Source: the human T2T-CHM13v2.0 reference genome, Homo sapiens. Taken from it: DNA of 64,000 nucleotides. Positions 41,139 through 56,165 of this stretch are shown here, piece by piece. Each line of letters begins with the position of its first letter. Within the stretch, counting starts at the first letter, position 1. The stretch is from the NCBI RefSeq assembly GCF_009914755.1, contig NC_060942.1. One strand, 5' to 3'. The position numbers and the translations under genes were made by a program. The notes under the pieces are model-generated. The model searched no databases. It was not told the origin of the DNA and saw nothing but the letters and a program-made list of their open reading frames with translations.

Positions 41139-42059
41139 AAAATAACACAATTTTTAAATGAGCAAAAGATTTAAACAGACACTTCGCCAAATAAGTATAT
41201 TAAAAGAACCCCCAAGTCATGTTATTAGAGAAACACACATTAAAACTACGGTAAGATACCACTACGTTATCTACTAAAATTGCTAAAATTAAAAAGATTG
41301 ACCATAGTAAGTGTTGGTGAGAATGTGGAAGAACTAAAACCCTCATATACTGCTGGTAGCAACAAAAAATGCTAAAGACACTTGGGAAAACAGTTTGGTA
41401 GCCTGTTAAAAGAGTTAAACGTGTACCTACATATTATTCAGCCACTCCACTCCTGGGAATTTACCCAAGACATATTAAAGCATTTGTCTCATACAAAGAC
41501 TTATACACAAATATTCATGGAAGCTTTATTTGTAAAGCCCAGAAATCAGAACAACTCAAATGTCAATTAACAAGTTAAATGAATAGACAAATTATAGGAT
41601 ATCCACACAATGAAATACTATTCAGCAGTAAAAAAAAAAAATAAACTATTGATACATATGGATGAATCTCAAAAATCAATGATGACTTGGTGAACTTCAA
41701 AAAGATGAGTTGAGGAAGACAAACCAAGTAGAAAGAGTGCAGAGTATATGATTCTTTTAATATATAATTCTAGAAAAAGCAAACAAATATGTAGTGAGAA
41801 AAAGACAGCCAGCAATTGTGTGGAGGCAGAAGAGGGTAGAAAGTGTGAAAGGGCAAAATAAAGGGATCAAAGAAGCAGACAGAAACCTAGAAGGTGATGG
41901 CTCTGTTTATTATCTTGAGTGTGATGAGGGTTTCTCACACAGACACATATTATATAAATGTATATATATAAAGTTAAGAAAGTATATGCTTTATACATAT
42001 GCAGTTTATTGTATGTCAATTTACCTCAATTAAACTGTAAAAAATAAAGCAAAATAAAA

Positions 42060-44225
42060 GAACATCCATTAATGATAAAAGCTCCCAGTTAACCATGAAT
42101 TGAAAAATGTCTCAACTTGTTAAAGATCATATACAAAAAAACCTGCAGCTAACAACATATTTAATAATATAAGACAGAATTCTTTCCCACTAAAATCTGA
42201 GAAAAGACAAGGATGTCCACTGTTAACACTTTTATCAATATAGGACTGAAATGTCTACCTACTGAATAGGCAAGAAAAAGAATAACAAGCATAAATAAGG
42301 GAAAAGAAAGAAAACTGTCTCTTTGCAGATCATGATTGCCTATGTTGAAAATTCCAAGGAGTGTGTAAAAAAGACTCCTAGATCTGATAGGTGAGTTAGC
42401 AAGATTGCAGAATACAAGAATCAACACACAAAAATCAATAACATTTCTACATACTAGAAATGAATATATAGAGACCAAAACTTAAAACATGATGCCATTT
42501 TGAGGGATGTCCCCAGTGACAGTGAAATACTTAGGAATAAACTTGATAAGACAGTTATGAATCTGTATGCTGATAATTTTAAAATACTGATGAAAAAAAT
42601 CAAAGAAGACCTAAATAAGTGGAGGGACGTACATAAATTGGAAGACAACATAGTCAAGATGTCAATTTTCCCAAATCAATCTTCATTGTAATTCTTACTA
42701 AACTACGTGTAATTATTTTTGTCAACATTGACAAAATAAAGTGAGAGGAGTCACTGTACATGATACTAAGTCTTCCTATGTATCTACAGTAATCAAGGCA
42801 TGTGGTATTGGTGGAGAAATAGATCAAAGGATCTGAAGAGAGTACCAAGAAATAGGCCCACACAAACATGCCTGATTATTGAAATGTGCAAAACCAACAC
42901 AATAGAGTAAGGATAGCTTTTTCAATAAATGATGCTGGGTTAATCTATAGGCAGTTAATGAACCTTGACCTAAACTCAAAAGGAATGATGGGTGGGCGTC
43001 AGCGTGAATTTTAAAATTATAAAACTTTTTTCATATATAAGAAAAATCTTTAAAATCTAGGGCTAGACAAGGAAGTTTTATACTTGACAGCAAAAGCACA
43101 ATAAAAGGAAAAATTAAGAAAAATGTTTATCATCAAAATGATAATTTTTTCTGTGAAAGTTCATGTGAATTGTATAAAAATACAAGTTATAGACTTGGAG
43201 AAAATATTTGCAGACCATATATCTGACAAATAGCTGATATCTAGAATACATAAAGAAATATCAAAACTCAATAGTAATAAGATACACAATCCAGTTTGAA
43301 AATGGGCAAAGACATGAACAGATAGTTCAACAAAGAAGTTATACTGACGGCAAATAAGCAGTGGGGGGCTGGGGGGAAAGGCTCGATGTCAGTCTTTAGG
43401 GAAATGCAGATTAAAACTGCAATGAGATATCAGTATTCACCTATCAGTATGGCTAAGAAGAAAAATAGTAACACCACCAAATGCTGGTGAGGATGCAGAG
43501 AAACTGGATCTCACATATATTGCTGATGGGAATGTAAAATGGTACAACCTCTCTGTAAAACAGTCTGGCGGTTTCTTATAAAACTAAATATGAAATTACC
43601 ATATGACCCAGCGGTTGCACTTTTGAGCATTCATACCAGACATACAAACTTATGTTCAGACAAAAACCTATACAGGAATATTTAAAGAAGCTTTATTCAT
43701 AACAGCCCCAAACTGAAAACAATCCAAATGTCCTTCAACAGGTTAATGATTAAACTGTGGTGTATTATACTATGAAAAATGACTCAGCAATAAAAAGAAA
43801 AATCCACTGATACACCCAATATTGCTGATGAATCTCCAGAGAATTATGCTATAATTATGTTTACATTATAACATAATAATTGCATCTATTAGAAGGATAA
43901 GTACTATATGATTCCGTTTCTATAACCTTCTTGAAATGACAAAATGATAGAAATGGAGAACATATTAGTGGTTGACAGAGTTAAGGAGAGTTGGTGTGGC
44001 TGTAAAAGGGCAGCATGAGGGATCCTTGTGGTGATGGAAATATTGTTTACCATGTCTCTATCAGTATCAGTATCAGTATCCTTGCTGTAATTACAGTCTA
44101 TGGTTTTAGGAGATGTTACCATTGGAGGAAACAGGATAAATTGTACAGGGGATCATTCTGTAGCGTTTTTTACAAGTGTTGTGAATCTACAATAAACTCA
44201 AAACTTAAAGTTTAAAAATAAAGGA
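42060..44225 (+). mobile_element. L1MC/MD-type 3' portion
   Basis: ORF2 remnant (NLYADNFKILMKKIKEDLNKWRD); 3' UTR gagggatccttgtggtgatggaaa...gtgaatctacaat. Confidence 0.85.
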
Positions 44226-46924
44226 ACAAAGTTTATGATCTGCATATTTCAGACTGTTTGAAGTTATATCAAGGGTAAAACAAGAACAAGAACAAAACTG
44301 TAAAAAATATTTTTAAAATACTTGAAGATATATTAACTTAAGGCAAAAAATATAAAGTAAAATTAAACTCTCAAGGATAGAAAATTCAGGATATTTTTAA
44401 AAAGTGATAAACTCTGAAATCAGTGAAACAAATACACCAGTCTAAATAAATGCTACACATCTGGTTACAAAATTGATATGTAAATATTATGTTACCTTTA
44501 CAAAGAAGGAATATAAACAAAAATAATTTTAATAAAAGTAATTTTTATTTAAAAAAACAAATGTTCTTTTAAAAGTCAAAATACTAAAGAAGGGACACTT
44601 CAATAGCTCCTGCTCCACATTTAATTCTAAAAATAAGAGAAATATGTGTTTTACAAATTGTGATGTTATCATAACAACTTTTAAGCCTAGGTTATTTTTC
44701 TTTATTAGCCTTCTCACAATTTCTCAAATAAAAAGCAAGCTCAGATAAAAACCGGATTACTTATTAAACTGTATATAAAGTTACATGTATCTATGTTTAT
44801 TTCATTAAGTATCTACTTAAAGTTAAAATGAATGTTTGCAACATTTAGTTTAACTTCTGCATCCAAATATTAATCGCAAGTTCATCTAGGTGACTAAGTT
44901 CAAGAAAGCATCACTTTCAATACACAACATTTATTTATGGTTCTGCACTGTGTGCTATTGTTTGGTTCTCTTACGTGTTTATGGTTTTGCATTAGGTGCT
45001 TTATAAAAAGTGATACATAGCCCAAGTGGCATGATGCCATGATGAACACATAAAAGCAGAGTAGTTAATTTCTCAGTTCTTCATTGTAATGCTTATTTAA
45101 ATTAAACTGCCTATATGTTATATAATAATATATAAAAGTATTGTGACTTTGGCACTTGATGTATTACAAGCACATATTTAAAAAACTGTTTTTAAATCAT
45201 TTGAAGATTTTTATCAAACAATTTTTTTAAATCCCACTATTGAAAAATAAATATCCACAATAAAAAAGTGCTTAGGTTTCAGGCCCTAGGTGTCTGCATA
45301 CCACACCGAAGTCATAGCTATAAAAAATGTCTTTAATTTAAAGAGAAAGAGAAGGAGACAAAATGGAAAAATTCAATGCATATGTACTGTATTTGGATAT
45401 TGAGGGAAACATTAAAATGAAACTCTGAGACAAAGCCTAAATCCCACAACGCCATTACTAGCATTAATGGTCTCTACTATTCATGCTTTGGTTGAGGTCT
45501 CTTAGTTTATACATAACCTTTCTTTGGATTCTTAACATTCACAGTCAGAATAATCTTTTTCTTACAGCAAAGTTTCCATAATTAATTTTCAGAGCTGAAT
45601 ATAAGCCTATGAATTGACCCAAAGAAAATCTTGATTTTGTCCATTTTCTACTATGCATTTTCTATGTTATCTTTATTTTAAAAGCTGCTCTTAGGAATGT
45701 TATACTATATCCCACAGTGTTTCCTTAGCAACTTCTATAGTGCCCTTGGGCTACAGATCTTAATTCCACCACATGCTCTAAGTACTTTTTAAAAATATAA
45801 CATGTTTAAAGCTTAAGCTTTCATATATACAAAATTCAGCACATTTTCGGGTTTTCCTATGGGTACTTATAATAGCATCTGTTACTGGCTGTAGACAGAA
45901 GTAAGCCAAGCTCCAAAAAAGACAATGAATAGCATGATTTCGTAAGAATAACTGAATTATGGTTCTTCGGAATTTAACATCTGAAATCCTCTTAAAAAGA
46001 TCCACTATGTTAGATCCACATATAAATCTTGTTTCTGTGCTTGGTCCAAATGAAGAATTACTGTTATCTGAATAGCTTTGAGTACACCACCCATAGATTA
46101 CCCAAGGATATTGCTTTCTGAGCCCCTTAATCCCAAACCATATGAACGTTTTTGTATTTAAAGTGAGTCCAAATGTTCTCAAGTTTTAATGTGTACAGTT
46201 ATGTAACAATGATTTTGCACCGTTTTTGTTTAATTCAATTTCTATTCATTGCATTTTAAAAAGAAAATGGAAAAATGCACAGAACTTTCCACTATATTAT
46301 TAATATATCATTTTGTTTATATTAATGTTATCACTTATTTTCTCCATAAAAACAAAAGGTGTTTTATCATATTATGTACTCAGTAGGAGTAACTGTGATA
46401 ACAATAATACATTTATGTTGGCCATCTAGTTCTTATATTAAATATTTTTATTCTGTATAAACAGAATCATTTTTAATTCTGTATAGGAGATGCTAGATGA
46501 TGAAATAGAAAAATCATAGGCTGGACAGTCTAAAAAAAGTGAATTCAAATTCCAATGTCAGGCTTTACCAGCCTTCTTTTTTTTTGGTAAATTACTTAAT
46601 CTCTCTTCATCTAATGCTTCAATAGTATAACTGAGTAGTGTAAATATGTAAATATTGAGTATGTAAAATATATCTACTTCAGAAGACTATGGAGGGTTTT
46701 TTTAAAGACTTTTTTTTACATGTTATCTACAAAGATCAAGCATTGTTATTATTGGAGTAGATGTCTTGGATAATCTATTCAAGGAATACCAATTAGTCCA
46801 AATTGATGAAGCCTGTATCTTCTGCAAAGGAAGCACTAATTCCACAACTATGCAATAAAATCGGCAGTAATTATTGAGGCTGTATTTCCAGATCAGAACA
46901 TTCCATGTAAGCAGATGTAAAAAG

Positions 46925-47458
46925 AACATTTGCCACATTGTGGATGAACCTAGAGGACATTTATGCTAAGTCTGGCCAGGTACAGAAAAAAATAAACTAT
47001 ATGATTTCACTTATATGTAGAATCTGAAAACATTGACATAGAGGCAGACAGTAGAATGGTGTTTGCCAGGGGCTGTGGTAGCCAGAGAGATGGAGAATGG
47101 AGGGATATTGGACAAAGGGTACAAAATTTCAGTAGACAGTCTTGGAGATCTATTGTACAACATGATGACTATAGATAATAGTGATATCTTCTTGAAACAA
47201 TCTCGGCATGGTATGGTGCCAATAAAAAAAAGAAAATATATATATTCTTGAAAATTTCTGAGAGTAGATTTTAAGTGTTTTCATCACACACACAAAAACA
47301 TGTGGGGTGATGGACATGTTAATTTAATCATTCCACAATGTACACCTATATCAAAAAAAATCACATTGTGCACCATGTATATGTATATACATATACAATT
47401 TTTCAAAAAGTCACATTGTACACCATATATGTGTATATATACAATTATATATAAATTT

Positions 47459-47460
<2 letters not shown>
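46925..47460 (+). mobile_element. L1MA (MA8/9-like) 3' end
   Basis: ggatgaacctagaggacatt...caaagggtacaaaatttcagt...agtagattttaagtgtt...cattccacaatgtac. Confidence 0.85.
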
Positions 47461-47496
<36 letters not shown>

Positions 47497-47824
47497 CCCA
47501 GGCTGAATTTTTATGGAGGTGATGGTGACCAGAGGAGCAAATTGTGACCCATCTTGATATCAGGGACATAAAAAGGGAAGGGATAAAGCACTGTTTTGAG
47601 AGTTAAATAAAAGAATATAATTTTTATAAGTAGAGCTATCTATAACATAGAATAGATACTTAGAATGTTATTTATCCTTTGCTTTGTCCCTTGAATTTTC
47701 AAATAACATCTTCTGAAAAAAATAATATTGCAAATGGAAATATTTTCTAAATTGTACCAAACATTATATACACATTTAAATAGATAGAAATAGAGATAAT
47801 AAGTAGGTAATCAGAGAGCTAATA

Positions 47825-47932
47825 GTAGATGTTTATTCAGCACCCACCCCTGTGAAGAAATCTTTACTTTAATCCTCAAAATAACCTTATTAGTGGGTAC
47901 TATTACCCTACTTTACAGATGGGTAAACTAAT
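47825..47932 (-). mobile_element. MIR fragment
   Basis: tttaatcctca...ggtactattaccctactttacagatgggtaaact. Confidence 0.7.
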
Positions 47933-47978
47933 TTTTTTTTTTTTTGTATGTGGCTGCAAAAGGTGATATCAGGACTAG

Positions 47979-48330
<352 letters not shown>

Positions 48331-49749
48331 TAGTTGTTTTTAAATATATAAAGATTAAACACATGTGACTCTACAACATCTAATTTTAAATTTATTTCAC
48401 AATCCTCATGCTGATTACATAGTGGTCATAAAATTCAGGTCATACTTTTAATGAAACAGAAAATATTCTGATTCAAATCCCATTTCTTTTCCTCACAGAT
48501 TTTTAGTTGGAATTTACAGATTTTTGTCAGGCAATAAATTGATAGGATCATAGACTACAAATATGAAAAAATCTGCTTAAAAAACTTCCAGAATTATCAA
48601 ATGCCTACTATTAATCCCACCCCCAGATATAAACACTGTCTTTTTAAAAAGCTGTACACTGGATTCTCAGAAAGATTAGGTCTCTATTGGGAAAGACAGC
48701 GTGTCTTAGAAGTCAATCCCAAACTATCTAACTCTACAGGAGATAAATGGAGATTTGCCTGGAGAGGGAAGCAAAATATTGCCATGAATCACCTTCCTCA
48801 CAGCAGTTCTGAAGCTTTTAATTTTCAGCATTGCTGGTCTCCAGGTATGTGCAGTTGATTAACAGTCAACAGAAATTGAACCAACTCCATGCGGAGTCCT
48901 GGATATTAGTGCGTAGCACTCTTTTAAACTTCTTTCTTTCTCCTCTTGTCTCTTCTTAAATCCATGCTATTTTTCTGTTTTATTTTCTTTAAAAGAAAAT
49001 ACGTGCGCTATTTATCTGTCACATGGGCATCACAAATGTATTCCAGACAAATTAAGAAATTAATGTATGTCTGAGTTTTTATTTAATCCCTCTTTTTCTT
49101 CTCCTTCCACTGTCACGGTCCTCTTTCCTAGACCTTATAAGGAAACTGATCAGATCTCTGAGAAATGACTCACGATAACACAGGCATGCCACTGATGAGA
49201 ATATTCTCCATTTTCCCTTCCTCTCCTATGTTTCTTTTTCAATTTTGACTCATCATTCTAGTTCCTCTTATATCAATTATCCTATCCTGTATCTGCTTCC
49301 GGTATTTGGCTTTGATAGCATTCAGCAAATACTGAATGCTCAGATTTTCCAGGATTTACACTTACAGGATTTCCCCCCAAAATTGTCTTGTTTGTGTTTG
49401 TAGACAGCATAATATGTATTAATTTTCTCTCTTTCTATTTTATTTTAATTCAACTATACAGATTTTGTGAAATGCTTCTCATATATGTGGAGATCATTGA
49501 GTAATTATGCTTAATTAATTCATCAGCAACTAAAAAATAGTAGTAACAAGGATTATCTCTTAGGGTGTCAGTCTCATCTCAATCCAGAAACTTCTTAGAT
49601 AATAAGTCTTCTGGGCAGTCTAATACCTATTATGCTATTAACATTTATACAGTGAGAGAGAAAACTGTCATTCATAAGACAGCATCAGCATCAAATTAGG
49701 AAAATGGCTACTGGAAGTAAAAGTATTATATAATAATCATTTCTCAATT

Positions 49750-50078
<329 letters not shown>

Positions 50079-51390
50079 CTATAGGGAGAATAAAACACCA
50101 TGTATATAGAATGAGTACCTGTTCTTTGTCTTCTGAATGCCATACTAAACGCAGGCACCGAATCTCTATTCTCAGCCCAGAATTCCACTGTAAACCTGTT
50201 TCTGTGCCCTGCTGTCTCTGTAATTCAGCTTCCTCATTGGTGGCTGCATTGGTGATTTCTAAAGCACTATCACCTGCTCCCATGTCTCCTTTACAGGTTG
50301 TCAATTTTTGTGTCCTTTCCTCTTTTTCATCTCCAAGGGCTTGTCATGGCCATTCAACAGAAACCAATGCTGTCTCCATTTCTCCTTGGTGGAAAGTTAA
50401 AAACTGGTCCATCCACCTTCTGCGATAAGTTTAGCTCTTACACCAAATAGCCAAAACCTAGCAAGAAGATGGGAAAATATCCAGGAGCTATTCTGTTTCT
50501 ATACATACCCTCTCTTTGCTACATACCCCATTGACCTAATCTTTCCCAAGCCACGATTACTCCTCTCACAGCATTTCCTTACTTACTCTTGAAGTGGGCA
50601 AAACTTGACCAGCATGATGAGTCCCTTTTAACTCCCTACAGCACAACTAGAGTTGACACTCAAATGTTTGGTACAACTAGAGTTGACGCTCAAATGTTTA
50701 TATAGCTGGAAGATAAATTCCCTTCCTCCAATATCTCAAACTATTTTATTTTTGCAGCCCAATATACAAATTCTTAACTTAATGCATGTTAAAACCAGTG
50801 AGCAAAAGGCTAAATTGTATATACATTGGCAAAGTTTTAAAACCCATATTATTCATTACTAAGGCTTTTTTTTGTTAAATTTCAATTATGTGCTTTTATA
50901 TGCCTAAACATTCTCTCTAATATTAATTTCTTAAGAAGGTGATTTGGAGTTAATTGCATGGCAAATGAATTTTGGTGTTGCATAATTGAGAAACCTCAAG
51001 CCATTTTCTTCCGGGGATCAATAGATATTTGACAATAATAGCAACATTTTGTAATCTAATTAAAGGATTATTTGACATACTATAGCTTTGGCACATGGAG
51101 TCAAGTCTTTCTGACAGAGAGCCCTGATGTTGATTGTTTATTTTGTCAGGAAATCTTTACTTATTACACTGAGGACTTGCTTCATAATAAAAGACCTCAT
51201 GTAAAACATTAACAATAATTTGTATCATGAAGGGTATTAAATAATTTCTAGATTGCTCAATAATATGAATGTGGTAGAGATTGTATCATATGAAAAAGGA
51301 GAATCAATAATTCCACTTAAATCTGAAGATTTAAAAACCTCTTGAGGAAAAAAGGAAGTAATAGAAAAAGTTGCTTTAAGATTGCAATTT

Positions 51391-51684
51391 GGCCAGGCGT
51401 GGTGGCTCACGCCTGTAATCCCAGCACTTTGGGAGGCCGAGGTGGGCGGATCACGAGGTCAGGAGATCGAGACCATCCTGGCTAACACGGTGAAACCCCG
51501 TCTCTACTAAAAATACAAAAAATTAGCCGGGCGAGGTGGCGGGCGCCTGTAGTCCCAGCTACTCGGGAGGCTGAGGCAGGAGAATGGCGTGAACCCCAGG
51601 GGGCGGAGCCTGCAGTGAGCCGAGATTGCGCCACTGCACTCCAGCCTGGGCGACAGCGAGACTCTGTCTCAAAAAAAAAAAAAA
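51391..51684 (+). mobile_element. AluY, Ye-lineage-like, full length, 13-bp TSD
   Basis: Perfect TSD aagattgcaattt (51378-51390, 51685-51697); variants gggcgAggtgg, gaaccccaggggg, gagcCtgcag, gacagcgag; most CpGs intact. Confidence 0.95.
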
Positions 51685-52629
51685 AAGATTGCAATTTAAG
51701 TCACTTCCAGTTCTTCCAGTTGGTGTTTGATTTTGTATAACCAAACTTTATGTCCTATTTCTCATTAACCATAATCTTTTTGATACAATTGACTCAAGTT
51801 AGAATAATAGTTATGTTATTTTCAGGCTAGTTATTATGATAGTGTATTTTATTTGCATGTTGTTTTATAGAATACAAAGTTTAATAGTATATTTACTACT
51901 TATGATGTATATTGGATGAATCTACTTTTACAAATAGTGAAATCAAGGTTCAGATAGCTTCTCTTAGGTTATATAGCAAATAAGTGTTAGAGTTGGGAAA
52001 GGAATAAAATCTTCTATCTTCAATGCAAATATTCATGACATCTCATATCTTCCTATTGTACTCTCAAGAGAAGCTTAACAGCACTAAGAGGATGAAAGAC
52101 CAGTTAGAAAATATCATGAAGAGTTATCAACTCTTCCAGTGCTCCATTTCTTGGACATCCTTTGCAAATTGTTTTGGAGCGTTCTGAACTAAATCCTTAG
52201 GGCACTCCTAGAGATCACAAATAGATGAACACAATTTTGAAAATACTACATCTTTTGACTTTGAGAATTTTTTACTTGCCAGTCATATAGCTCAATCTCC
52301 AAATTCCTTCATTTATAATTATTAATAAGCACAGTGAGAGTAGCTACCATTTACTGTCCATTCGTTCATTTATTCATTCAGCAAATATGATATTCAGAGG
52401 GAACCTACAATGTGCCAAATACTTCTCCAAGAAGGTAATGCACAGCAGTGATAAAAACAGGGCACTATTGTCATTCATGTTGAATTATCTCAGTCTATCA
52501 GAGATGAGATTGAGATAATTGAGAAAACCAAAGCTTAGAGTTGTTACTCACTGAAAGTCACATATGCTTCTGTAAGGAGAGAATGTAAATCCAAATAATA
52601 CGCCTCACCTAAAACAAAACTCTCTCTTT

Positions 52630-53350
52630 TCCTTCATTAATGACTGTCACATCTTTGATCTCATCTTTTGTCCACTGATACCAGCCATATTTAGTTCTTG
52701 CTATGTCACAAATTGATTATGCATCAATTTTCTATCTGACTGGTTGGCTTCCATCTTCCTTCTATATGAACCTATTTTACCCACCATAGTCAGATCAATC
52801 TCCTTAGGACAGCAGTTTCAGCATTTTACTCATCCAGTCAATACCCAACATTCTCTTCCGCAAATCCAAATGGCTTATTCAAGTATTCCAGATCCTATGC
52901 ATTCAGTTACAGCATACCTATCTAAACTATTTTCTTTTGCTACTTCTCATTACAAACCATAGCTTCTACCCTCTCTCTATACTACTCCTAACCTTCAACC
53001 ACATGACACTCATTGTTGGCTTCTAGAATTTACCATGTTGTTTCTCCCACATAGTTTCCTTCCCCACACTTTTAGTTTTCCATAATTTACTTCAAAGGTC
53101 ATCAGAAATCCCAGTTTATTTGCTTTGTTTTTTTCACCATTTTTAGTGCATAGTGGTGTCCGTCTTCTAAACTCTTAATGCACTTGTCTTTATCAATCTT
53201 TTTGATTGTATTCTGCCTACATATTTACTTACTTGCTTTATGTCTCTATTGACTATGTTAGTAACTAAATTGTAACTCCTGGAAATCAGAAACCCTGTCT
53301 TAACATTATATTTTAACTGCTCCTCAGTACTATATACTGAATATACATTA
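52630..53350 (+). mobile_element. L2 fragment
   Basis: L2 3'-like order ending aaattgtaactcctggaaatcagaaaccctgtct. Confidence 0.6.
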
Positions 53351-54121
53351 TTAACTTAATCTATTAATACGTTAGCTATAGTTCATATGCTATTGACTAG
53401 TATATTTCTCATTAAACTAAGAATTAAAAACACACTCTATAATTTGGACAGGAGATTTTCTCTGTTATTATGCATGACATCATGCTAGTATTGAATTTGA
53501 TTGAAAAGAAAATGATACCATCATTTTACCCATATCTTTGCTTTCTATTTCATTAGGTTACTGGATATTTCCTTTAAGTTACCACATTTTTAATATTTTC
53601 ATTTGCAATATATTTTGTATTGATCTTTCCATTCACATAATTATCACTCTAGTCTGATCCCTCTTCATTTTATTTCTGAGCTATATTTACAAATATCTGT
53701 GAGATAATGGTCTACCTTACTAACAAAAGAAACAATTGATAAAAGCAATATAAAACTCCAAAATTCAAGCAATTAAGGGACGCGAAGTATTCCAAGAGCT
53801 TATTACAATTATTAAAAATACTCAAATAAAATAAGCATATAATTACAATACAGGTATAATAACATATCTATAGAAGAAACATCAAAGTCAAAGTGGGTAG
53901 TGGGTAAAGAGAGTTAGAAAATGAGATAGAAGGTTCAGAAAAGTGTAAGAGCAGAATTACTGGAGGAAGAGATGCTTAGGCTGAGTCTGGAAGGACTACT
54001 AGGCTAATACTGGGATTGTGAAAAGATGTAGGAGAAGCATTCTGGGAAGAAATAATAGTGCAAATATTCTTCCATTGTATTTATGTTGTTTTCAGAGACT
54101 ATCTAAGGTTACACCAGGTCA

Positions 54122-54586
54122 TTACTGAGCCATTCAGTGTCCTGGCAGAACACAGCATGCTCAAAGAGGATAACTGACTATTTACAAAGCCATGGTCAGG
54201 ATTAAAAGAAACCACAAGGAATAGTGCATTCCAGGACCAACAACAGTGGAAGCTGTCACAATCCTAAGCCTGAAGGAACAAGAGAAGGGAACAGCTACAG
54301 AAATTTAGCTCTGCAGAGAGGGTCATCTGAAAGGAACTCTGGCCTTCTGCCGGGAGATGCAGACAGCCTATTGCACCCAAGCACAGAAGCAGCCAGAGTT
54401 ATATAAATCTTGGTATTAATTTATTCTCAATTTTTTATATTCTCATGATGCCCACCATGGCTGTATCCAAATGGAAGTCAACAAGCAAGAATTGCTGCCG
54501 TTCACGGGTCTGCTTCCTGGAGCAGACAACAGAGAGGAATAACGGCAGAGTAGATCTGGAGGGGCAAAAAGGAAATACCCAATGCA
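54122..54586 (-). mobile_element. LTR33-family (ERVL) solo LTR
   Basis: agagtagatctggaggggcaaa is the reversed LTR33 5' motif tttgcccctccagatc; also gactatttacaaag. Confidence 0.7.
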
Positions 54587-55542
54587 GTTCTTTAACTTCT
54601 CACATCACAGAAAAAAACAAGCTATAACATTTTATATATTTTACAAAGCACTTGAGGATCTCAGCAACAACAATAAAAATCCTCGGAATTTTTTACAACT
54701 GTGTCATAGAAACATTGTACCTGGAGCTAAAAGATATTGATCATCTTCAAGGACTGCTTAGACAGCTGTCTTTCTAACTTAGAAAGTGTTCTTTCCCTAC
54801 CTTGTTCCCAACTTGTTTTCCTGTAAGAGAGGAACGCTGTATTTCCCTAGCACCCAGGATGGCTCCAGCACATCCAGACTCTCCAGAGTCCAGCCCTAAA
54901 AGAAGAACTGTGTCCCTAAGGCTTATTTACTCTCATGGGACCTCTCTTTCCACCATGACTGAAGTTAAAAATATGCACTTACTTTAGCAGATGTTTCCCC
55001 TTCTGTCTGTGACTTTAGCCTACGGTCCTTGCAGAATAATAATATATCAATAAAATCGCCCAATTACAGTACAAAAGGTAAAGTAGCCAACGGGTAATTT
55101 TATCACAATTAACATTTTTGAATTATCAGAAGTGTAACTTTTTCTGCTTTTATATTCCTCAGTGTTTGAGTTATTCAACTTCAATTAACTTTGGATGTGG
55201 CCTCATTAATACCACTATCTTGAGTTTCACAAAGCAAAACAGTTGGTGGTTCCACCCTCAAAATAAGATAAATAACATAAAGAACATGACTAATTCCTTC
55301 CTCCAGTTAGTAGGTCTCACTGTCAGGCTCTTCCAAGCTGCCTCTTAACCAAAATTATGTATCTCCAAAAACAAGCAACAATTTGCAATCACACTCTAAT
55401 TAAAATCTATTTTTAAGATAGTTTTCACAGAGGAAACATAATATAGAGATGCAATTCTGCTTACATCGCAAAAATGTTTTACATTGTTATTCAGGGTAAT
55501 TTAACTTACAGATACAGCTTCCTACACATCTCCATTTCTGCT

Positions 55543-56165
55543 TGTGATGGGGGTCCCCAAGATCACCCTCAGATTTGTTGATACACTCAGATTCACAGAA
55601 CTCAGAAAAGTTATTATGTTGAAGGTTACAGTTTATTACAAAGAGATAATACAATTTAAAATTAGCAAAGAAAAAAAGGTTTGCAGCATGAAGTAAAGGA
55701 GAAACCAGGCACAAATTTCCATTTGTCCTTTCTCAGTGGAACTGTACAGACAGAGCTTAATTCTCCCAGCATGACGTATGACACAACATTAAAAGTGTTG
55801 TCAACTAGAGAGGCTCACTAAGGCTTGGTGTCCAAGGTTTTTATTGAGGCTCAACCATCTCCGCATGGAGCACCCACATGACTGACCTTGCTACTCTCAG
55901 TTTCTAATGCCCCCAGAGGTCAAACTGTAACGGCACTCACCAGGGCCCTAAGCAAACAAAAACACACATTCGCCATATCACACTGTTAGCATAAACTGTG
56001 TGGTCCAAGGTGCCACACAGTTTGCAAAGACACTTTTATTAGGCTGACTATTCCAAGAGCTCTGAGGTTGTCTTTCAAGACCCAGCCAATGCCCAATCCT
56101 GCAGGCTTTTGGAATGTGTAGGGTTTGGCCAACTTAGGCCTGCTGAGTTCACTCTTTAATGCACG
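55543..56165 (-). mobile_element. MER77-like (ERVL) solo LTR with perfect 5-bp TSD
   Basis: ggtccccaagatcaccctcag...ggaatgtgtagggtttgg..aggcctgctgagtt; TSD ctgct at 55538-55542 and 56166-56170. Confidence 0.82.

Noticed and set aside
45778-46182. 134-aa minus-strand ORF, the longest in unique sequence
   Set aside because: Non-ATG start, no recognisable domain and no splice context. A rough estimate gives about one stop-free run this long by chance in six frames of 64 kb.
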